Shown here piece after piece: positions 53,991-59,662 of a DNA stretch of 59,662 nucleotides. Under the pieces are notes generated by a model. That model did not search any database. It was given only the letters and a program-made list of their open reading frames with translations, and was not told the origin of the DNA. Position numbers and translations under genes: made by a program. Numbering within the stretch: the stretch's first letter is position 1; each line of letters opens with the position of its first letter. This DNA is from Vulcanimicrobiaceae bacterium (GTDB lineage Bacteria; Vulcanimicrobiota; Vulcanimicrobiia; Vulcanimicrobiales; Vulcanimicrobiaceae), in contig DASRDE010000243.1 in assembly GCA_035652755.1 (NCBI GenBank), forward strand, positions 1 through 59,662. The letters run 5' to 3'.

Positions 53991-55061
53991 TTAGAGGGCG
54001 CGCTCGATCGTAGCGGCGCCCAACACTTCCGGCCCGTCGAACAATGCGACGAGCTGCCCCGGCGCTATCGCGCGGACCGGCTGCTCGAAGCGAAGTTCCA
54101 GTACGCCGTCGCGTACGGTGGCCGCCGCGGTTTGCGCAGCCGAGCGATACCGGATCATTGCTTGGAGGCGTACGCCGGGCGCTGCGAACCGCTCGGGCCG
54201 GATCAGATTCACGTCGCGCGCGAGCAAGCCGGTCGCATGCAATTCGTCCTCGCGTCCGATCACGATCGTATTCGTCGACGCATCGATGCGCGTAACGTAG
54301 CGCGCCCCTTCCGAAGTTGCCGGGAGTCCGTGGCGCTGACCGACGGTGAAGTTGCCGATGCCCGAATGCGTGCCCGCCGCGGCACCCGACGTCGTCAGCA
54401 CCGCGCCCTCGCGGTTGAGCTCCGGGCGCAGCGTTCCGAGAAACTCGCGGTAGTCGCCGCCCTCGACGAAGCAAATATCCTGGGACTCGGCCTTATCGTG
54501 CACCGGCAACCCCAGGCGTTTTGCATGTGCGCGGGTCGCGCCCTTGTCCAGGTCTCCCAACGGGAGCAGCAGACGCGAAAGCTGATCGGGCGCGAGCTGC
54601 GCGAGCGCGTACGCCTGATCCTTGGCGTGCTCGCTGCGAAAGAGGTGCGGGCCGTCGGCGCGATGCTCCAAGCGCGCGTAGTGTCCCGTCGCGACAAAAC
54701 GGGCGTTCAAGGAATCCGCGTAACGCCGCAGAGCGCCGAGCTTGACCAGATTGTTGCAAGAGACGCACGGGTTGGGCGTTCTTCCGCGCGCGTAGTCGTC
54801 GGCGAACCGTTCGATCACGCTGCGCCGAAAGACTTCCTCGAAGTTGAGCACGTAGTGCGGAATGCCCAAAATCGCCGCACTGCGGCGCGCATCGTCGAAA
54901 TCGTCGATGCCGCAGCAGCTCTTTGCATGCGGCGCACGGCGCGGCGAATACATTTTCATCGTAACGCCGATGACGTCGTATCCGGCTTCCGCAAGCAGTC
55001 CCGCGGCGGTTGCGGAGTCGACGCCGCCGCTCATTGCAGCAATGACGCGAGTCTTTTCCAT
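53991..55061 (-). CDS. mnmA: tRNA-specific 2-thiouridylase
   Basis: Start set at ATG 55061 (356 aa). PP-loop SGGVDS, NPCVSCN catalytic-Cys region and KDQAYAL motif. Confidence 0.93.
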   Translation of the reverse strand: MEKTRVIAAMSGGVDSATAAGLLAEAGYDVIGVTMKMYSPRRAPHAKSCCGIDDFDDARRSAAILGIPHYVLNFEEVFRRSVIERFADDYARGRTPNPCVSCNNLVKLGALRRYADSLNARFVATGHYARLEHRADGPHLFRSEHAKDQAYALAQLAPDQLSRLLLPLGDLDKGATRAHAKRLGLPVHDKAESQDICFVEGGDYREFLGTLRPELNREGAVLTTSGAAAGTHSGIGNFTVGQRHGLPATSEGARYVTRIDASTNTIVIGREDELHATGLLARDVNLIRPERFAAPGVRLQAMIRYRSAAQTAAATVRDGVLELRFEQPVRAIAPGQLVALFDGPEVLGAATIERAL

Positions 55062-55109
55062 GGCTTCGATGGACAGGATAACAGGGGGGCGGCGCAAACT
55101 CCAAGCTCG

Positions 55110-55802
55110 ATGTCGCTGGGAGAACGCTTTCGCGCCGCCCGGGAGCAGCGAGGAGTAACGCTTTCCGAGGTTGCCGAGCATCTGCGCATCCGTTCGGTGT
55201 ACCTGGCGGCAATTGAAGACCAGAACTGGAGCGCGATCGGAGCCCCGGTCTACACTCGCGGCTTCCTGCGTACGTACGCGCGCTACCTGGGCCTGGATCC
55301 GGAAGAAGCGGTCGCCGAGTTCAACGCGGCCTCGGGCCAGGCGCCCCCCGGTGCAGCGGCGGTCACTCGTCCCGCGCCCGTAACCGAGTATCGCGAGCAG
55401 CGGAGCCTTCGCCCGCTCCTTTGGATTGCCGGGCTGGTAGCGGCCGCTCTCGTTGGTTTCGTGATCTACCTTTACTTGTCGCCGCCGCGTCCTGCCGGCG
55501 TCATTTCGGCCGCCCCGGCTACCGCGCCGCCCTCGGCCCCGGCTGCCACACCCGCGCCGACGCCCCTGCCCGTGCGGACGCTCGCGATCCGCTTGACATC
55601 CCCCTCGTGGCTGCGCGTCGTCGTTGACGGCAGTGTTAGTATTGAGGGAACGTTTCCGGCCGGTACGAGCAAGACGTTTCACGGCAAGACGGCGCTGGTA
55701 CGCGTCGGAAACGCCGGCGGCGTCCAGATCTCCGTCGACGGCCGGCCCCAAGGGCGGCTCGGCGCGGCGGGCGACGTCGTCGAACGCACCTTCACCATGT
55801 AG
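55110..55802 (+). CDS. rodZ: RodZ-like cytoskeleton protein (XRE-type HTH + TM + DUF4115-like domain)
   Basis: Start set at ATG 55110 (230 aa). [37 protein letters not shown], single [23 protein letters not shown], Pro/Ala linker and a C-terminal beta domain. Confidence 0.72.
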   Translation: MSLGERFRAAREQRGVTLSEVAEHLRIRSVYLAAIEDQNWSAIGAPVYTRGFLRTYARYLGLDPEEAVAEFNAASGQAPPGAAAVTRPAPVTEYREQRSLRPLLWIAGLVAAALVGFVIYLYLSPPRPAGVISAAPATAPPSAPAATPAPTPLPVRTLAIRLTSPSWLRVVVDGSVSIEGTFPAGTSKTFHGKTALVRVGNAGGVQISVDGRPQGRLGAAGDVVERTFTM

Positions 55803-55808
55803 CGAGAG

Positions 55809-56303
55809 ATGGCAGCGGAATCGTCCTTTGACGTCGTTTCGAAAGTGGACCGGCAAGAACTCGACAACGCGCTCAACCAGGCGCGCAAAGAGATCGCCGG
55901 ACGTTTCGATTTCAAGAACAGCAAAACGAGCATCGATTTCGACGGTAAATCGTCGATCGTCGTCGTCTCCGACGACGAACTGAAGATGAAGAACGTCATG
56001 GACGTCATCGCTTCCAAGGCGATTAAACGCGGAATCGATCCCAAGGCGCTCGACTACGGCAAGATCGAGCCGGCGTCGCACGAGACGGTGCGCCGGGAAA
56101 TTACAATAAAGAGCGGCATACCCAAAGACCGCAGCAAATCGCTAATGGAAGCGATCAAAGCCCTCAAGTTGAAGGTAAACGCGCAGTATCAAGACGAGCA
56201 GATCCGCGTGAGCGCAAAGAGCCGTGACGATTTGCAGCGGGTGATCGCGCACCTTAAATCCCTCGACTTCGATCTGCCGCTGCAGTTCGTAAACTACCGG
56301 TGA
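55809..56303 (+). CDS. yajQ: YajQ-family (UPF0234) nucleotide-binding protein
   Basis: 164 aa. [31 protein letters not shown] is the characteristic YajQ N-terminus. Confidence 0.88.
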   Translation: MAAESSFDVVSKVDRQELDNALNQARKEIAGRFDFKNSKTSIDFDGKSSIVVVSDDELKMKNVMDVIASKAIKRGIDPKALDYGKIEPASHETVRREITIKSGIPKDRSKSLMEAIKALKLKVNAQYQDEQIRVSAKSRDDLQRVIAHLKSLDFDLPLQFVNYR

Positions 56304-57688
56304 ACGCGCCGGACAAGCGCGTGGCCTTCGTCTCCCTCGGCTGCGCGAAAAATCTCGTCGACACCGAAGTCATGATCGCGCAGCTCGGCGCCGCGGGCTG
56401 GCAGCTCGCGGCCGATCCCGCGGACGCCGATACGGTCGTCGTGAATACGTGCGCTTTTATCGACGCGGCCAAAGCGGAGTCGACGGACGCGATCATGGAG
56501 CAAGCGCAGCGCAAGCGCAGCGGACAGCAGCTGATCGTCGCCGGATGTCTTGCCCAACGCTACGGGCGGCAGCTCCAGGCGCTCGTTCCCGAGATCGACG
56601 GCGTCGTCGGAACGGGCGCGTACGCGGGGATCGTCGAGTTGCTCGAAGACGCTCGCGCGGGGCACCATCCGGTCCGCTTGCAGTTCGACCGGGAGCCCGA
56701 ACACGGGTTTCTGCCCCGGCTGGTGACGACGTCCGCGGCGAGCGCCTATTTAAAGGTTGCCGAAGGCTGCGATCATCCTTGCACGTTCTGCATCATCCCG
56801 GCGCTGCGCGGTTCGTTCCGGAGCCGCAGCGAAGCGTCGATCGTGCAAGAGGCTCGAGCGCTCGCGCAAGCGGGCACGAGGGAACTCATCCTGATCGCGC
56901 AGGACACCTCGATGTGGGGGCGCGATCGGGGCTTGCGGCGCGGCGGATTGGCGCATCTGCTGGAACGTTTGAACGCAATCGAGGAGCTGGAATGGATCCG
57001 GCTGCTCTACCTGTATCCGGCGACCGTCGACTCCGAGCTCATCGAAGCGATGAGCGTGCTTCCGAAGGTTTGCAAGTACATGGACATGCCGCTGCAGCAC
57101 GCGCATCCGGAGGTGCTGCGCGCGATGCGGCGCCCGTCGAACGGCGAGCGCTACCTGGAGATTTTGGCCGAGTTCCGGGCGCGGATTCCGGACCTGGTCG
57201 TGCGCTCGACGTTCATTACCGGTTTCCCAGGCGAAACTGAGGAACACGTTGCTTATTTGGAAGAGTGGATCGGCCGGGCGGAATTGGATAAGGCGGGGTT
57301 CTTCGAATACAGCCCGCAGGACGGCACCTCGAGTGCGGATTTCGACGGGCAAGTACCCGCCTCTCAACGGCGCAAACGGCTGATCCGCCTGCGTGAGGCC
57401 CAACGGATCGCCTCGGCGCGCGCCCGTTCCCGGCGTATCGGTAAGACCGTGCGCGTGTTGACGGAGGAACGCCGATCGCTGCGCAAGACCGATCCGCTTC
57501 GCGAAGAACTGGGTGCCGCGAGCGTCTGGTTCGGCCGGTCCATGGGTGAGGCTCCGGGAGTGGACGGCGGCATCTACTTTACGGGCGACTCAGCCGTCGG
57601 CCAGTTCGCCGACGTCACGCTCGAGGGCATCGGCCCGTTCGACTTTTTCGGATCTGTGCAATCGGAGGTCATGTCGCGCGTTGGATAA
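56300..57688 (+). CDS. rimO: Ribosomal protein S12 methylthiotransferase
   Basis: 462 aa. N-terminal MTTase domain (VAFVSLGCAKNLVDTE), radical-SAM motif CDHPCTFCIIP and a C-terminal TRAM-like domain. Confidence 0.9.
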   Translation: MNAPDKRVAFVSLGCAKNLVDTEVMIAQLGAAGWQLAADPADADTVVVNTCAFIDAAKAESTDAIMEQAQRKRSGQQLIVAGCLAQRYGRQLQALVPEIDGVVGTGAYAGIVELLEDARAGHHPVRLQFDREPEHGFLPRLVTTSAASAYLKVAEGCDHPCTFCIIPALRGSFRSRSEASIVQEARALAQAGTRELILIAQDTSMWGRDRGLRRGGLAHLLERLNAIEELEWIRLLYLYPATVDSELIEAMSVLPKVCKYMDMPLQHAHPEVLRAMRRPSNGERYLEILAEFRARIPDLVVRSTFITGFPGETEEHVAYLEEWIGRAELDKAGFFEYSPQDGTSSADFDGQVPASQRRKRLIRLREAQRIASARARSRRIGKTVRVLTEERRSLRKTDPLREELGAASVWFGRSMGEAPGVDGGIYFTGDSAVGQFADVTLEGIGPFDFFGSVQSEVMSRVG

Positions 57689-59072
57689 TCAGCCGCATTT
57701 GGAGCCGGAGGGGCCGCACCGCTGGAGCGCCGGGCGCATCGCCGCCGTGGCTGCGGGGTTGCTGCTCATCGCCGTCGCTGCTACGGTTGCGGGCTTCTCG
57801 GTCGCTCAGCACCGCGCGCCCTGGCTCGTAATTGCCGACCTGGCCTCGCGTCCGCTCGCGCCGCCGCCGGCTCAGCTCTTCGGCAAGGATCGGCTGCTCG
57901 TACTGGTCGAGGGGCTGGATTACGATTACACCGCCAAGGACGAAGAGTACTCGACGCAGGCGCGCAGCGACGTCATTTGGGCGGTCGACCTCGATTTCCG
58001 CGACAACCACGTGTACGAACTCTCCGTGCCGCGCGACATGGACGCCGTGCTTCCGAACGGCCGCGAAACCAAGATCAACGAAGCTCAGGCCGAAGGCGGG
58101 GTGCGCGAAGCGCAATCGGTGATCGCCAAGTGGCTGGGCATTCCGCAGTTCGACCGCTACGTCGTGCTGCGAGTCAATACGACCAAGGATTTAATAACCG
58201 CGATCGGCGGCGTCGACGTGAACGTCATGAATTCGCACGCCGTCCAGAACGACGGCGAACCGAACGGGCCGCTCGATTACGACGATACGTGGGGGCACCT
58301 CCACATCCACCTCAAGCCGGGATTTCAGCACTTGAACGGCGAGCAGGCCGTGGGATATATGCGGTTCCGTCACGACTTCTGCGGCGACCCGTGCCGAATC
58401 AAACGGCAACAGCAAGTCGAGCATGCGTTCATCGAAAAACTGCGCGGCGACAAGATGAATACGCTGCTGCATCTGAACGACTTACTCGCGGTTTTTAACC
58501 GCGACGTCAACACGAATCTGAGCCGGCAGGAAGAATTGAGTTTGGCGGTCGCGTTCGCCGACATGCCAAAGAACGCGGTCGTTACCGATCAAGTGCCGTA
58601 CGTGGACGATAAAGTCGTGGCGGACGGCGGCGACGTGATCATTCCCGACGAGGCCAAGAAGGCGCAGCTGGTGCAGGACATGCTGCTGGATCCGCCGCTG
58701 CCGATGCCCTCGCCCGATGCCAGCGCGGTCGCTGCCGTAGCGCCGGGGACCGTTCGCGTAGACGTCGAGAACGGAACCGGCGTGGCGGGTGCCGCAAAGC
58801 GCGTGGCGGCGATGCTTCGCAAACAGGGGTTCACGATCGCGGACATCGGTAATTCGGGTTCGCTGCTCGAAACGACCGAATTGCACGAGCACACGCACAT
58901 CACGTTCGCCGGGCTGCGCGTGCGTCAGGCCCTTGGGAAAGCTGCGGGCAAGGCGCGCGTGATCTCGGAGAGCGCGTCGCCCGCGCCGCAGCCGTCGGCG
59001 ACCAGCGACGTCACGGTCATCGTCGGGCAAGACATGGCCGGTTCGCTCGGCCAAGCTTCCGTTCCGCAGTGA
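57681..59072 (+). CDS. LytR-CpsA-Psr (LCP) family protein with a LytR_C domain
   Basis: Start tentatively TTG 57681, overlapping the rimO stop. N-terminal TM, LCP core (ARSDVIWAVDL...VPRD...NEA...), and C-terminal VRVDVENGTGVAGAAKRVAAMLRKQGF. Confidence 0.85.
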   Translation: MDNQPHLEPEGPHRWSAGRIAAVAAGLLLIAVAATVAGFSVAQHRAPWLVIADLASRPLAPPPAQLFGKDRLLVLVEGLDYDYTAKDEEYSTQARSDVIWAVDLDFRDNHVYELSVPRDMDAVLPNGRETKINEAQAEGGVREAQSVIAKWLGIPQFDRYVVLRVNTTKDLITAIGGVDVNVMNSHAVQNDGEPNGPLDYDDTWGHLHIHLKPGFQHLNGEQAVGYMRFRHDFCGDPCRIKRQQQVEHAFIEKLRGDKMNTLLHLNDLLAVFNRDVNTNLSRQEELSLAVAFADMPKNAVVTDQVPYVDDKVVADGGDVIIPDEAKKAQLVQDMLLDPPLPMPSPDASAVAAVAPGTVRVDVENGTGVAGAAKRVAAMLRKQGFTIADIGNSGSLLETTELHEHTHITFAGLRVRQALGKAAGKARVISESASPAPQPSATSDVTVIVGQDMAGSLGQASVPQ

Positions 59073-59662
59073 ACCGGCGCGCGGCCGCGCTCGCAGCGAT
59101 CGCGTTCCTCGTGCTTGCGGCCTACGCGATCGTTCGCGCGATCCGGCACGAGCAAGGAGTGCAGCCTGCGATCGTGACGCCCGCGATGGATGCCCAGCAA
59201 GAGATTTCACCCTCGATCGCCGGTCGCCTCAAGCGCTTTTTCCGCGAACGCGTGACGTACGGCGACCGCAGCGGCCGTCCGAAATTGATCGCGCTTACGT
59301 TCGACGACGGCCCCTACCCGCTCTACACGCCGCTGCTGCTCGACGAGCTGCGCACCCTCGGCGTGCCGGCGACCTTCTTTCTGATCGGCCGCGATGCGCA
59401 GCAATGGCCGGAGCTCGCACAGCGGATCTCGCAGTTCGGAAACGAGATCGGCGATCACACGTACACGCATCCCAATCTCGATGCCGAAAGTGACGGCGCG
59501 GTGCGCGGCGAGATCGTGGACGGCGCGCGCGCGCTGGCTGCAATCGTCCGTGCGCCGGCGGTCTACAGATTTTTCCGGCCGCCGCACGGCCGGTATACGG
59601 TCGCCACCATACGGGTGGCACAGGGGCTGGGGTATGACACGATCCTATGGAACGACGACCCG
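59069..59662 (+). CDS. NodB-type polysaccharide deacetylase (3' end beyond the window)
   Basis: Not in the ORF track because it is open-ended. My own translation from GTG 59069 (GTGA overlap with the LCP stop) gives MNRRAAALAAIAFLVLAAY...LTFDDGPYP...DHTYTHPNL, which carries NodB motifs 1 and 2. The frame stays open to the window end. Confidence 0.8.
   Translation, partial: MNRRAAALAAIAFLVLAAYAIVRAIRHEQGVQPAIVTPAMDAQQEISPSIAGRLKRFFRERVTYGDRSGRPKLIALTFDDGPYPLYTPLLLDELRTLGVPATFFLIGRDAQQWPELAQRISQFGNEIGDHTYTHPNLDAESDGAVRGEIVDGARALAAIVRAPAVYRFFRPPHGRYTVATIRVAQGLGYDTILWNDDP

Overview
This is a GC-rich, gene-dense bacterial chromosomal window with strong G/C bias at third codon positions. I support about 58 protein-coding genes. 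I recognised no rRNA, tRNA, CRISPR array, transposase or integrase.

All functional calls come from motif and architecture recognition by eye on the supplied ORF track. No database search was run. ORF-track coordinates include the stop codon. Many track ORFs are over-extended at the 5' end, so I re-picked starts using neighbouring stops, 4-nt ATGA/GTGA overlaps and Shine-Dalgarno-like GGAGG motifs.

Most of the content is housekeeping:
- Lipoate and dehydrogenase genes: lipA, lipB, lpd.
- A MocR-type regulator operon with an ANT(3'')-like nucleotidyltransferase and two HhH-GPD glycosylases (mutY-like, nth).
- An S9 dipeptidyl peptidase and a VIT1 iron transporter.
- An acyl-CoA dehydrogenase with scoAB.
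- dnaK-grpE-dnaJ followed by a VOC protein and an MsbA-like exporter, then htrA.
- RNase J, an amidase operon, an IDH-family enzyme and ftsK.
- Futalosine-pathway menaquinone genes (mqnA flanked by two radical-SAM enzymes).
- mnmA, a rodZ-like gene, yajQ and rimO.
- An LCP protein and a 3'-truncated polysaccharide deacetylase.

Envelope functions include an orphan RND pump followed by an unassigned beta-barrel protein and an SGNH lipoprotein. There is also a Yip1-like/TolC-like/adaptor/2xFtsX/ATPase efflux operon.

The best candidate for an undescribed system is the block 21302-25986, with an adjacent atypical response regulator at 26142-26792. It contains a stand-alone sensor-like domain, a LuxR-type regulator carrying a copy of that domain, an ABC ATPase, a 525-aa polytopic permease, and three tandem paralogous secreted beta-sandwich proteins. 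The three paralogs share a Cys...C-terminal-Cys tail.

Other points worth checking:
- A TolC-like gene with no signal peptide, in frame with the preceding Yip1-like gene across a single TAG.
- A Tat-signal mini-protein translationally coupled to a signal-less amidase.
- A secreted, very Lys-rich protein with a near-perfect internal DNA duplication.
- An ANT-like protein with a D-x-N catalytic motif.
- Repeat motifs in the MocR promoter.
- An orphan wHTH gene preceded by a 9-4-9 palindrome.

The many long antisense ORFs in the track are treated as GC-rich shadow ORFs. Taxonomic origin cannot be assigned from this sequence alone.
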